The notes beneath the pieces were generated by a model, which had not been told where the DNA came from, searched no databases, and saw nothing but the letters and a program-made list of their open reading frames with translations. From Antedon mediterranea (Eukaryota; Animalia; Echinodermata), in contig NC_092675.1 in NCBI RefSeq assembly GCF_964355755.1, positions 19,874,912 to 19,938,911 on the forward strand: DNA of 64,000 bases, given 5' to 3'. The position numbers and the translations under genes were made by a program. The stretch's first letter is position 1, and each line of letters opens with the position of its first letter. Positions 26,634 through 40,997 of this stretch are shown piece after piece.

Positions 26634-27039
26634 TATGATTGCTTGCTGTTGCTGCTAACTCTTTCAAATAAAAAAAAATAACAAAGGCGAATTCTTACTA
26701 TAGCCTCTCGTCCACTACCTCACCAGAGTTAGCAGCATACGGAGCGCCGGAAAACATTTGGCTTGTCAGCGGTTTGTAATTTTTAGGCCTAGCCTGGCAA
26801 AAATTATTACCAAGTTTTCTCGAATGTCAACACAACTAAAATGAACTTCAAAACCTGTATCTAACCCATATATGATAATGTTAAGGACGTTTAGTATTTT
26901 TCTTCTGATTCGTTGATAATAAACATGCTTATTTGCTGCTGCTGTTTGGTTACCAATTGCTTAGTTTTGCGGTTTTGTATCTAATTTCCAATTGGACCAA
27001 GATTGGACGTCAAACGACGTGTTATCATAAATCAAGATT

Positions 27040-27330
27040 GACATAGAGGGCGTCATTTCATATAGACTGAACCATTTTGCAGAACGGAAGTGCGTGTCGG
27101 AAATACAGTACTCGCGCGCGTGCGATTGTACATCGGAAATGCGTATTCGCGCATGCTAGAATGCGCTGCTGGCATGGTGAATACACCGCGCACCGTACCA
27201 TGATAATGGTTATAATTATGAACATTTTCAGAGTGGATCGCGGAATCAAATCATCCCAATCTTTTTTACGTACTCCTCTTTTTATTTTTTTCCCTTCTGA
27301 CAAGTAAACTTAATCTAATGTCGCCCTCTA
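27040..27330 (-). promoter_or_regulatory. CpG-rich putative Slo promoter region
   Basis: Local CpG cluster 400-700 bp upstream of the ATG with ETS-like CGGAA(G/A) x3 and NRF1-like GCGCATGC; TSS cannot be determined from sequence alone. Confidence 0.4.
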
Positions 27331-29003
27331 ATATATGGCATTTAGTTGATATTATCTTGTATGATTTATTACCAGTAGGCCTACTAGTAGGCCTATAAGT
27401 TGTTTAAATCATACCCATGACAAAAAGGACTTATGGTAAATACTTTTTAACGAAAAACAAGTTGATATGCTGAAAGGTTTACTATTGGTATTGCAATAAA
27501 TAAAATACTGAAACATAGACCTTTACATATGTATTTGTTCTCAAGTCAAAACTAGCTATCGCCCTCTATACGACTTCGTTTTTTAAGTAACTACAATACT
27601 TGATTGGAATTTACAAGTTGTATATTTCCCGATTGTTTTGACATTTATTTTTCCATTGATTGATCAAAAATAGAAATAGTGGGTAAACAAATATATATTA
27701 GTAATTTTAATAATATTAATTTGTATTTTCGTAACATGTTCAGATTTCTGAAGGAAAAATATACAGCTGTTTTATTTATTTTTTGTATAGGCCTAAGTGT
27801 GTTTTAACGTTTCTCCTAAGTATCATTTCCACAATTATAATTTTAACACTTCTTCTTTTTTCTCCCAGACAGCGAAAACAGAGGCACATCCATGTTCATC
27901 GTATATTCAATTTTTTTTAAAGAAACAAAAATTGAACATTCTAATGATCTAACTTTTTTTTGCGATTAGACACCTTATTCCAAATGGGAAGACTGTAAAA
28001 TAAAGGTTTATTTTCAATATTATTTAACGAATAATATTTCCGACTTTCTGACTGTTTTACTAGTACTACGTTTGATGTAGATTTTGCTAATTTGAGATCC
28101 AGCTAGTAATTTTATATACGTTATGTAGCAGGCCTACAGTAATACAAATGCACAAATATTCCAAAGCATTGTTTCAATAATTTGCTTGTTTGATAATAAT
28201 GAATAATTATTTATGTCAAATACTGCAAAAACCCAACTTGAATAGGCCTATTATTTTGAATAAACCTATACAGGTAATTATATTTCCAGCATTGTCCGAT
28301 AACATAACATTTGTTTGTCTAGCTAACTGTAGAAACTTTAACAATAAAAACTAACACACACAATTTCATTACCAAATGACTTTGGAGAAAATCAAAGATA
28401 AAATCAATTAAAGTAATAGAAAGTGAACATGCATTAAACGAACGTAGTCGTGATTGGAGATAAACAAATGAATAGTTGGTTAAGATTGCAATATCAACTA
28501 TGTCACCCCCGGGTCATCGGGTTTTGTCTATTCTATTAGATTCACAAATATTGCTTGATTTTTACAAACATCATTGATTTAGTATATTCAAATCGGATCA
28601 AGATGTAAAGGCGCTGATTACAGAGCGTGCCAGAACTCAACCGCCTCCAGTAAAGTATACAATTTAATTCAATGTTGTGAGTCTAAGGTAGTAATTAGAG
28701 AGCTTCTGATTAATATCCTGCAGTCATTGATGTCTTCTGTTGCTCATACCATATTCCATCAATCGTTTTAATTGATTTCAGAAGTCCCTTTCAAAATAGC
28801 TTATCTAAGATAAACCTGTAAAGTACCCCACCAATTAAGAACTTAATATAAATCTTTAATACAGTAATACTTATTATAATATCATTTTATCTATAATCAA
28901 ATCCATGTTATAAAAGACTAAGTACAAGTCTACCGTACGAAAACTGTAATACACTACCTTATGTAATAGGTCAATTGTATACTAAATACTGTTTTTTGTT
29001 TAA

Positions 29004-29358
29004 AGATGTATTGTCCCCCAAAAACATGAAAAATGAAGATTAATTAAATCAGACTTTGAATATGTTATTTTATTTTATTTTTTTTTTTCAAGTAGTTTTA
29101 ATAAAGTTAATTTAAAAAAATTAAAAAATATGTTCATTTCACTTATAAAATGACAAAATGAATGGTTAAATTCAATCCAAAAAAACATTTGCTGGCAGCC
29201 AATTTGACCATTGTTTGCTTTAATTACAGTTTTTTCAGGAAAATACATTTTTTTTCGATCCAATTTTTGGTCAAAGTGGATAACTATTATGTTACATTAA
29301 AATGGCATATTCAACAAAAATTTGTTAAGAATTATATTTTCAGGGGAACAATACATCT
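29004..29358. mobile_element. Kolobok-like MITE
   Basis: TTAA|AGATGTATTGTCCCC ... GGGGAACAATACATCT|TTAA; partial inverted relatives at ~29728-29945 and 33819-34005. Confidence 0.8.
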
Positions 29359-32300
29359 TTAAATAATAATGCAAATAAAGTAGGCATACACATTTATAAT
29401 ATGAAATATGTATTCAAATATATGAAAATTATATTAAAATTTACTAAATAATAATCATTGTTCTCAGTGTAATTTGTAAAATCAGCGTATTCCTATTATA
29501 AACGTGACTTTTTTTCTAGCGAGAAATTTTGATTAATTGAAATTGAAATTATTTAAATAATATAATTGTATTAAATTTTACTAAATAACAGAACATCAAT
29601 GGGGCTTTACATATTGCATTGACATGCAAAATATAAGTAGGATATACGGTATAATTAATAAGTGAAATGATTATTTTCTACTGATGGATTAGGCAATAAC
29701 TCTCTATATTGCTTTCTATAGTACTTAAAGATATATTTTCCTCCTGGAAAATAATTATTTGTAAAATATGTAATATATAGTTACTCACTTTGACCAAAAA
29801 TTGGATTGAAATAATTACTCAAAATCTAAATGTTTATTTTTAATAAGTGAAATTATTAAACATATTTTGTTTATTTTTACAAAAGTAGGTAAAATTTATT
29901 AAAACTAACAAAAATGCCTATTCAAAGTTTTATACTTTTTTTATGTTTTGTTTAAAAATAAAATAATGTTCAAATGAAATGTTTAAATTTTCAGTGGCTA
30001 TAAAATTCCAAAACATCGAACTATAGGCCTTTTAAACAACACAGATGTTAAGCGTTTTCAATGCTATTCACCACCATCTTGTTTCAATATTTTGTACCTA
30101 TTTGTTTGTTAAGAGACCAAAGCGCATATGACGTGTCTGTGCCTCGTGTAATACAATATCTTCATTGTTATTTTCCTTATTTGTTAAATAAGAAAAGTTA
30201 AATTTGATTGTCAAACATTGTAGGAAGTTTGTGGTCTTTCATTCTCTAAATTAGTCTTTTTAATGGAAATAATACACAGTTTAACAACAAAAGCTAAAGT
30301 TAGCTTAGAAAGGAAGTACTTCAGAGTATTATATGTGAACATTATTATTTCGCATTTTGGTGTTTACAGTAGGCCAAATGCAGATTGACAGCTTCCATCA
30401 ACCCGTTTTCTGTGACCTTTGACAAATATTAATTGTTTTCACTCCCAATGAAAAACAAAATGACTCGTTACAAAATAATTGGGAGATTTAGAGAGTGGGA
30501 TATAAGAACAAGGGGTTTTATTTAATAAAGTTATACAGCAACAAACAATAATAGGTATAGATAGTAGTTGAATACAATTATACAGCAACAAATGTATTAT
30601 AATACTAAAGTACATTTTTATTACTGTATTATATTTAGGTAAAAGTATAATTGTAGCTGTATTTCAATGTTTCTACGTACTTACGTCAAGCATGATTGAT
30701 GACTTACACGACCACTCCAGTAGTTTGTGTGTATTTATTATTTTAAGTTAAGTTTCTTTTATATAATTGATAAATTTTATATCATATTATTAGTCAATTA
30801 AGTCTAAATCATTTTAATATTACTATAATCAATAAAGATAATCAGTTGAACGATTGGATTACTATCGATATATTACCGTAGTATGTTGCCAATGGCATTT
30901 TTTTCTAAGCATTATGTTCGAATTCATTCGTGTGAATTCCTAAATTTCAAGATTTATGATCAGTAACACTGTTAATGAATTATATATATATTTGTTTGTT
31001 TTTAACTCTAATTAACAACACGTTTAACTAATGTTTACATGAAAAGAAAAGAACAATGAAAATATGTTAGGCCTGTCATATTTAGGTTTTTAAATACAAA
31101 ATAACTGTTTAAGTTAATATCAGTTAAGTTTATAAAAAGAGTAACAATTTGAAATTAAACCTGGATGCTGGATCTGCTGTAGATACAACTGTACCGGCAG
31201 CACGGTAACTAAACTTCGGTTTTTTTCAATCTGTATTTTTAAAAATATCATATTTTAAAGATAAATAGTTTAAGTGTTTATATTAATATGCATTTTGCTT
31301 GAAGTTGGTAGGATACAGACAGATCTATAGCATGTGGCACTCTTGTCAACATAGGACTTGTTTACTCGGTACATGACCCTACTATGTCTATTGCAACCAA
31401 AGATTGATTTGCATTGGACTTAGCCCTAGTTTACTCTAGTGAGCTAAGATTCAATATTTTTGCCACTCACTCTTCCCCTTACTAGAGTATCGAGTTTCAA
31501 ATGTATGACGCTGTTCAATATGATATAAGACCACTTTGAGGTTGATAAATACATCGATGTGGTTTACCTTGTAGTTTGATTGTCATGTGATTGACAGGTA
31601 GGTTTCGAAGTCATTTTAGTGGTGGACATGTTCCCACTCTGTTAATAAAGCCATTTGAGTACCTGTATTATGTGACGTCAATCGTTATCTTTGTAATATT
31701 CATAAAATAAATATATAAGTATTCGGAATGAAATAGCTATTATTATTACAGAATTATTAAACTATTGTATTGAACTGTTAAAGATGAAATGAATAAATAG
31801 TATTTTTTTTTTATGTGTTCGTTATTTTGTCGATAATCAAAATTATTTTGTCTTTTGCCCTAATAGATATTTTGATAACTTTATACTAATATACTATAAC
31901 TAAAAAAGAGTGTAAAATACTATAATGTATAATATAAAGTTCATCTGTATTGGTGATAAAATGTATAGGCCTACAATTTTACTTTTGATCAGAAAATTCC
32001 GCTATAGAATGTTTGCAGACTCAGACGAAAGTTGTAAGTGTTGGTGATTCAAAGCTTATTATATTAATATATTATGATATAATATAATGATATTATTATC
32101 TTATATATAATAAAATATATATATAATAGAATTTAATATTTATTATTCTATGAAATATAATATATATACTATAATGATAACATAATGAGGAAAAAATAAA
32201 TAATGGAAATATAAAACAAGACAAAAGAAACCACCTTTAGTAAAGTTTAGTTTTCGGCATTGAAGTTCTTTGTGTTTTATTCTACTTTAAGTATTTATTC

Positions 32301-34399
32301 GTTTTATGGTCATTCAAAAAAGAATCAATCACTCAATTGTATTGACAAAACTATGTATGTCCAGTATCTCTCTGTCCGAAAGCGTTGTCACGAATTCCGG
32401 TTTAGTGTGACTGATGGTGGAGTTTGCATGCTATGGCCTAAGTGCTGTTGATTTCCAAACATTCGATTAGAATCAAATGAGTTTTGGTTCCTTTATGTTA
32501 TCTGAATGATTGAAAGGTTTGTCAATTTGATAGTTGGTTCTTATCAAGGTTTGGTCAATCGATCAGAAAGAGTGTATCTTGTGATTTAAAAAAAAAAGCA
32601 AACATTTGGTCACGTTTCTGCTACGTCATTAGGCCTACTAATGTTATGAATTTATCAAACCTGAAAAATGTTTAAACATAAGTATGTCTAATTCATTAGT
32701 GTAAAAAATGTTATATTTAATGTGTGGCTACTAGACTATTGATAAAGGAAAGAGTTAGCAAATACATACATAATTTCTTTATAGAAACAATGTATAAAAA
32801 TACAAATAACAAAAAATGGTTTGCATAAGGTTTGTTGGCAGTGACATATACAAATGTGCAGTGTAACATTTTCGAACAGACAATGCGCAGTACGATAGAC
32901 CTAATGTACTTTATATAGCTGTTCATTCGTTGTAGAGTTTTTAGTAAAATGTTGAATACAGTAATGCCAAACTCTAAACATAAATAAGAAATAATGCTAT
33001 AAAACTATATGCTTATAAAATATAATTAATTAGAATATTAATATAGTAATAACTCTAAATAAATGTTTAGCACAAATCGTAATAGCGAACTGAATGGTAA
33101 TCATGACACATTCATTTAATAATATAAGTATTAATTAAATGTTTGTATATAGGTTGTGTTTTTATTATAATAAATTTTAAATAAAGAACTATTGTTGTGG
33201 TTATACGTAAGACCTTCTAAAACTATAACTAATACCAAACCAATGTTAAGGTGTCAGTAAACGAAATAATATATTGCTTAAAGTGACGATAGAATTACGC
33301 CATATCAACCAAGCCTATATAGATTATTGATTCTATTTCGATACGTTGTTGACGCATCTATAATTATCAGATAACGTGATTAGGTCTACTCTATCAATAA
33401 ATGAACCACTCCAATGTGACTGACTGACAAAGACAGTTCCCTTTTAACTTGTTCCTATTTCAACGATGTGTTATGCTATGATCGAACAGCCTACAAAATG
33501 CGTGAGCAAACACTACCAACGACGATATATTAATCGTTCCGTGTGTGGGTCAAGTTTAAAGATACACTCAAAGATCATGTTGACAATTTTTAATCAAACT
33601 GAAGCTTTTCGGATTCATTCAATTGTCAATAGAGCTTTACACAGGTGTTTCTATTGCTCATCTGACCCTTGCTATTTATGTGGGGCAAAAACATGCTACA
33701 GTTGGTTTGAAATAAGGGCGTAAAAGAACAGCCGAGTCACTGTTTATTACAGCATCAGTATCAAAGGCAAAAAATAATTTTAATAATTATGATGGGTCTT
33801 ATACAGGCTGTAGTTTAAAGATGTATTGTCCCCCTGAAAAAAAATATTTTTTTATTAAATATGCCATTTTAATCGTCACCTAATAGTTATACACTTTGAC
33901 CAAAAGTTGGATCGACAAAAATGTATTTACCTAAAATACTGTAATTTCAAGCAAAAAATATTCAAATTGGCTGCCAGCAAGTGGGTTTTTGGTTGAATTT
34001 AAAGTGAAAACATCTTCAATATTAATTCTAGATTAAAATATTTATAATATTATTTTCCAGGTTGATCATCAGTTAGATAGGTGATAACTGGGAATAATTA
34101 AAAAGTGATGATTAAATAATAATTAAAACAAATATAATTTTTGATTTTTGTTGTTGTTGTAAAACTCCAGTTCAGTTTGAAATCAATGTACACTATCATC
34201 TCTTGGATTAAGTCCCATTGACAAACTTAACTTTTTAATGTGTAAAAAGTGTGAAACATTAGCTAAGTGAATACTAATAGACACAATCGTCGTTCAAGGA
34301 CTGGGCTGTCTCGAAGCATTAACATAATGTGTTGAAATAGTCGCTTATGTCAATGCGCACTGTGGTAAACTCTTCATAGATTGAAATATATAATTTACC

Positions 34400-34663
34400 A
34401 TTCTTCTCTTCTTCTTCTATTTTAAGGAGCAAACTTCATAGTTGAAGGCTACTGCTCCACTAAGGGTCCCATTGTGACATCGGCAGCCAACTACGGCGCC
34501 AATACGTCTGTCCACGACAGTGTGTGTGTGTGTATGAATGAACTACGGTAGTACACCGGGGTAACCCCCTACTCGTCTCGAAAGATGTACTAGGTTCTTT
34601 AGAGTGCACATGAGCCAGATATACACTGGACCTACGGTTTATAGTCCTTATCCGAGAAGACTC
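34400..34663 (-). mobile_element. 5'-truncated Deu/Nin-domain SINE with (GAA)n tail
   Basis: Minus strand has GTCTTCTCGGATAAGGACTATAAACCGTAGGTCC...AAAGAACC...GAGTAGGGGGTTACCCCGGTG (Deu-domain-like core) and ends AAAATAGAAGAAGAAG. Confidence 0.75.
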
Positions 34664-35041
34664 TTATAGTGAAATGTAAGAAGCCTAATAAGTACCATCA
34701 AATAATGTATCTTGAAATAAATCCATCATGGATCCAATACAGTAATTGTACTTTTTGGATTTACATTAAAGAACATCACATTTAAAATATGATTTATGTT
34801 ATTTTAAAATGATCTTGCAAAAGATGAATTGGCAAACTTTATAGTCAAATGAAACTTTGAAATGTTGTAAAATTGTTTATCTTATTTGCAACAAATTCAA
34901 CTATTCTGATTTTCACATTCACGTTCAGACCTATGTTGAAATAATGAGAGTGTGTTTATAATTATGTGCGAATAAACCGTTGGATTGAATTTGTATTGAG
35001 GTTGTATTGAGTATTAAACGCACATACGTCAGGATTTGTTA

Positions 35042-35204
35042 TTGATTTGATTTGAATTTGATTTGAATTAATTAGGAAAATCATCATAAAAGATACTTAC
35101 AAAGTGATAACATAAATTACTTACATTACAAATAATACATTTATAAAAGATTTTCCAGGATAGCCCAAAAAGCTTATTAGCTTATTTCAATTGGGATCCT
35201 TTTA
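35042..35204 (-). mobile_element. LINE (CR1/L2-like) 3'-end fragment with (TCAAA)n tail
   Basis: Close inverted copy of 42492-42643; A-rich signal followed by a short tandem tail. Confidence 0.65.
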
Positions 35205-37301
35205 TAATCTAAAATAAAAAAATATAAACGTAACAAAGTATTGCATTAAACAAGTAAATATAACAAAAACAATAATATATGTAAACAAGTTAATTACAAG
35301 GACTATGATTGACTTATATTTATTTGGTTGAACAGAAATGTGATTTAACATTTTTCTAAAAATTACTTTTGAAAAAAATTTTAAATAAAAAATACGATGA
35401 CAATGTCATTTATTATTGACGGGACGGACTATATTTTATATAATTTATTTATAGCAAATTTGTATTGACAATTAATAGCTAAGAAAAATAGATTAATTTG
35501 TAATTGCTAAGTAATCCATCTGTTACTGAAAGATTAACGCGGTGGTATTTTAATGAAGCAATATTTTGTTTTAAAATGTTTGATACGCCTAAACTTAACT
35601 AAACGTAGGCTAAACAGTCGCAGCTGTAATTATTTGAACAACGATTAAACAAATGTAAAATAATACGAGCTTCTCAAAAGGATTTAGTTCAATGTGAATA
35701 GAATGTATTAGAATACCTAATAGACATGTGGAATTTTAAATACTAAATGGATCAATTTCGATAACTCTTTATTCCCGAAGGGAATCCTTATCTAAACTTA
35801 CTTCGTCGAGTTGCTATAGCCGGTTAGGGGATGGATGGACGTACGGTTAGTAATTGCTTAGCCATGGCCTATGGCTAGCTTGTTCTAAATCACCGAATAC
35901 TTACTAAAATCAATTTCATTGGATTGAATCCATACTCTATGTGATTCCATAGTAATATATTAATTTATACTTTAAAAGCAACAGCCGGTTTTGATTTAAT
36001 TCCATGAGAACTTTAATATAAATTGTTAACTCTTTACTATTTTGGGAATTAGTTTTATCATAATCAATATTGATAGCCTAATTGCTTTAACAACAGTAGC
36101 ACACATTATGATTATATATTATTATATATAATATATAATAGCACGAGAATATGATGTAATTCAGTAACACCAACAACATTTACGCTCGCTTACAATAAAG
36201 GCGTATTCTAGTATTAACATTTACGCACATCTTCATGACATGACGACAGCTACCGATGGGCCTTTAGAACCCATATGGCCTAGCTTACAGTGCAACATTG
36301 TTCAAAAGTACTAAGCCTAGACGTAATTGTACTCATAGTATTTCCAAATTAATGTATCACGTTGGAATTTTGAATACTTTTGTTATGCGCTTATGTTTAT
36401 TTCAGGCCGCGGCAGCAAATCCACGGGGCCGGCAACATCGCTTAATCCTCTGCAATGAGATTCGATGATTTACGTTATACTAAATATAATATAATCACAT
36501 GATAAAAGCTAAAAATAAATTCAATATACATAATATAAAAGTGCAAAGCCAGAAAAGTGTATGAAATTAAATAAGACTTCAGTTGAATGAAATCCCTGTA
36601 GGCCTATTTATAAAAATTGTTGTTCTAACCAATTGATTAACGAGTGTGGATAACCAATTAACTTAGTGAGTATTGTCGGCATTGTACTGAGTATTTATTA
36701 AATATATTAAATATAGGCCTAAACGGGTTTTGTTTTGTGGTTGAATTGAATGAAGACGGACACATGGTAATAAATGAAATTACAAACGACAGCATCTAAC
36801 AAACTCAAACATGGTGTTTAAAATGTATAGTTGATTATCATTATCTATTTGATTCCCTGATGAGTAGGAAGCTTCTGTCTTCGGTTTCAACGTTAAACAA
36901 GTTTTAATAAAGCGGCAGAGTACGTTTGGCCACTGTTTAAACACGTCTAATTCTAATGTGACGTGCTCATCAAGATGTCTGTACACAATCAAGAAAGCTT
37001 AGATACTTATCAGAATCTAGAGAATTAATTTGTGTTTGAGAAACAATCAGATGAATATACTGTTTCCATTGTTCCAAATTAAGCGATAGTGTATTAAGTT
37101 ATACATTTGAAATATTACCGGCGTAGCTGACAACTTGGAGGAAGAACCATCATCTATGTAATTATTACAATAATCAAATTGAAATATAATGTTACCGATG
37201 CCACAAGTATTAAAAATACTGTTGGATTAAATACGTACTGATTTATATAGCTCATTTAGACCTAAGTTATGAACTTGGAATAGAAAAACGATGTGCTCTG
37301 A

Positions 37302-37460
37302 AGCCGATTTTCCACTAGGCGAATTTGTTCGCGCGAATCGAAAGCGCCAGCTTGTACGCAAGTGTATTCATGTTTACATCTTCCAAATCCTTCTTTACGC
37401 ATGCGTATTAGCTGACGCCTTCGATTCGCGCGAACAAATTCGCCTAGTGGAAAATCGGCT
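37302..37460. mobile_element. Harbinger-type MITE, short relative of the 4614 element
   Basis: Same AGCCGATTTTCCACTAGGCGAATTTGTTCGCGCGAATCG TIR; 159 bp. Confidence 0.85.
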
Positions 37461-37979
37461 TTAGTTAGCTCTGGTTTTTTCTGTTGTTTTTGTTTGTTCG
37501 TTTGTTTCGATTTTGGTCGTATTTCTTTTGATTCATTTTAATCATTTTGTTTTAGCTTTTAAAAGTTTATACTTATTTGGACGCACCTTCTTTAACAAAG
37601 AGAGACTGCTTTAAAAGTAAAGATACCAATGAATTATTTTTATTTCGAACAAAAAGCAGAGTTTAGTTTACAAATTACAAACTAAATGTGTGCTTACTGT
37701 CAAAGATGATTTTTTATTTCTACGATTTTTTATCAAGTTAATTCATTCCATTGATTAAAATTTGATAATATTGAATCTTAAATGTGCCTATAGAAATAAT
37801 TAGTTATTTAAAGCGAATTTTAAATTATGAACATCTTTGGTTGGTCGGCGTTACTGTAGCTAGTGCTTGCTTCTTACCAATATCAAAGTGGGTGGGTATG
37901 AATCTCGACACTTTCACAGTACCGTGAAACACCTATGATCCTGTAATAGGCAAGTCATGTTGCTGTTGGACATGTTTTA

Positions 37980-38138
37980 AGCTCTGTCTACACGATCAAA
38001 CTTTATATGACAAAAAAAAAATGTGATGTGCCCATATATGGACACGATGATGTCATATCACTGCTATATTTGAGAACATCACTACCACATTTGAGCACAT
38101 CACACTTTTTTGATCAAACTAGTTTGATAGAGAGTTAT
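37980..38138. mobile_element. MITE family AGCTCTGTCTACACTATCAAACT
   Basis: Left TIR nearly intact, right TIR truncated; family internal motifs present. Confidence 0.75.
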
Positions 38139-40167
38139 AATAAAAGATATATATAGACCTAAATATAAATTATATAAATTGAAGAAATAATTTATTTTTA
38201 AATGCTGTATCTGATACAAACGACAAAAGACATTAAACCCTAAACAAATGAAGGCATTATATACTTTTCTTTTATTAAGTCATTTATTTCTAATATCCTG
38301 AACCAATCCAGGTGTCAAAGGCTTTAAGTTGTTACATTTTTTTTATGTGTTTAGAAACACATTTCGAGGAAGTTGAGTTTGGAATACTTTAAACACAAGT
38401 TATAATCAATTATAGAAATTGTGTTTAGATGTTGCTAATTACGGTTAAAGTAAGTATAAGATACGGTGATAATTGTACAGGCCCCTCTCTCCTTCCTCTG
38501 TTTCTTTTAAAATTACTATATATGAAACGCTAAAACAGTAAGCTAGAAATATTAATTATGGTCTTTCAAATTACATGTTACTAAAATTGTTTATGTACTT
38601 AAATATCACACAATCATAGGTTGACACAATACAATACTGAACAACACCGTTTAGTTATCAATACACATAATTATTGTACTAAATAACATTTATATTTCAT
38701 TCTTTAACTGTGAGTTTAAGTGAACATGTCCCGGAATAGGTATAGATACAGCAATAAGGGTTAGGCCTACCTCTTTTGAGCTAGTTCTACTGTTATTAGT
38801 CGGCCATTAACCTTCCAAAATATGTCACCATTTCTGGCTCCTGAACAGAAACTGTGGCATTTTACTAACAAACAAAGATATAAGTTTCTCAACATGCTAC
38901 TAGAAATAGTTACTGAGACGTCGCTTGTAGAAATTCATCCTGGTTGAAAACGTGGTGGACGACGGTTGGTACACTAGCAAATATCCGAAGCCCACCACAG
39001 TAAAAACAACATACCAGGTTAGCGTAGCCGACCTATCTCATCTCACTTATTTAATGCTCCAATTTCATTTTAACGATGATACTCACTTATTATAATAGGA
39101 ATGCACGTAGGTGGTAACTGTCTACTAAACGATTAGACATTTGAATAAAATTCCTGGCAATGTTTCTATGATTATAACGAATCTTGCAACATTATGTTGC
39201 AGCTAATTAGTCAAAGTTGATAGGTTTAAATTACAATTCCACAAAGAGTTTACCACGAGTGAGTGTGAGGTATTATAGCTAGCTCCTATGGCGTAACAAT
39301 GTCACAAAATATTACAGATAAAACATATTGTCCCATGAGAAATAAAAAGACAATCTTTCAATTATTAATCTGAAAATATCATAAGTATCCTAAAAAAAAT
39401 ATCAATTTTGGCATTAAACTCGTGAGAAGATATAATGTATACTATTACGGTAGGCCTACAGTTTCTTTTCATGAAACAACAAATTATTAAACGTTGTAAC
39501 AATAAATAATATTATCTATCTACAAAATAAGCATTATGAAAGGTAGGGTTTACTTACATGAGGTCTAAAAGTGTAAAATTCAGAAATAATTGAACGTGAT
39601 ATAAATAAATAATAGCACAATATTAATATTAAATATTAGTATTATAATAAAAAGTTACCGGTATATATACTCAAATATAAAAATAACTACAAAAATAACT
39701 AAATAATTAAAATACAAAATTCAATTGTCTTGATTACCACTGTTGTGTTATAAGAACCATACGATATATTGTAGATTTGTCACTGAAAGATTACTATAAA
39801 ACACTTTTACACCGTCAATATATTTCAGTTACAGATTACAGATATTGCATTTACTATATTTTTTCGTCAGTGACGGAAAAACAGAAGAGACAAACAATAA
39901 ATATTGTAAATGCCACATTTTGGATGAGGAATTCACTTTACAACTTCGGAACCTCGTCAGCTTAGCTAAACATGCTCTGAAAAAAAGATAAATAGACGCC
40001 AACTTTGGCGCGCGTCAGACTCCTTATGTGTCTCTTAATAACTACTTTAAACTTACGTCACGTTATTATATACAGGTTATGTTCATTTACGTTTAATTTC
40101 AAATAATCACATCTTTGGTTTAATACACAACTATTGGTATGGTTACCTATATTTGTACAATTACAAT

Positions 40168-40997
40168 TCATTCTGTATCTGCAGTACTATTTACTACAGG
40201 TCCGCTTTCAGATAAAGTTGCTGGCGACTTTGCCGCGTCTGGAGATCCTGTTGCCAAACGACCGGGTCGCGGACATTGCAGACATTCAGGTGGACATGAA
40301 GAATAAGGCGCAAAAATTAGCCTAGGGTAACCATCTGGAGTACTCGGCAACTTTCCAGCAAAGCTAGTTTGGTAGAAGGCTGGCAAACCAAGCCTACTCG
40401 CAGCAGATGCTGTTGTCAAATCACCAGGAGCCCCTGGCATAAAAAATGACGTTCGGCCTAAGAGAGCATCAGTGGTAAGAGGGTGATGATGAGGTGCTCG
40501 AGGTGCCAAGACGAATGGAAGACTTGACCCTGGAGTACCAGACGGTTGCAATGGCGTAAAAGCAGATTTTAAATGTTCACTAGCATATTTACTATTAGAT
40601 GTAGGGGACTGCAGACCTAACCCGGGTAGACCAGGATAAACCAGTGGTGAATGAAGACCTAATTTACTACTTCGATGACCGTCTCTAGAGCTCATGATCG
40701 TGGTATCTTTTGCAGCTAAGAAATGTTCAATAGCTTTTACAAGATCCCCATTGCAACCTTGCAAGACAAGTTCTAAAACCGTTTTTCTTTGTAAAGGAAA
40801 TAATCTCATCAGAATCTCCAATGGTGATAACCGGCCAGGACGGTAAGGCGGCACGACGTCTTCATGGGCGCGGTCAGACTGTGATTTGTCTTTAGTGTAT
40901 GGTGGTGAAGTTGAAGATGTAGCGCAGTGATGTTTAGGGGAACTTCTCAGTCGCTGATGGTGATCATTGTCTTCAAACACACTGTTTTGTTTGTCGT
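40168..40997 (-). CDS. dmrt93B: Dmrt93B-type transcription factor, exon 2 (DMA domain, C-terminus)
   Basis: Acceptor tttacag|AC (phase 1); DMA domain LSPLEILMRLFPLQRKTVLELVLQGCNGDLVKAIEHFL; TGA ends at 40168; joined CDS 1230 nt (409 aa). Confidence 0.9.

Noticed and set aside
36857-36900. Hammerhead ribozyme at CTGATGAG
   Set aside because: No stem II followed by GAAA; the same applies to CTGATGAG at ~57570.
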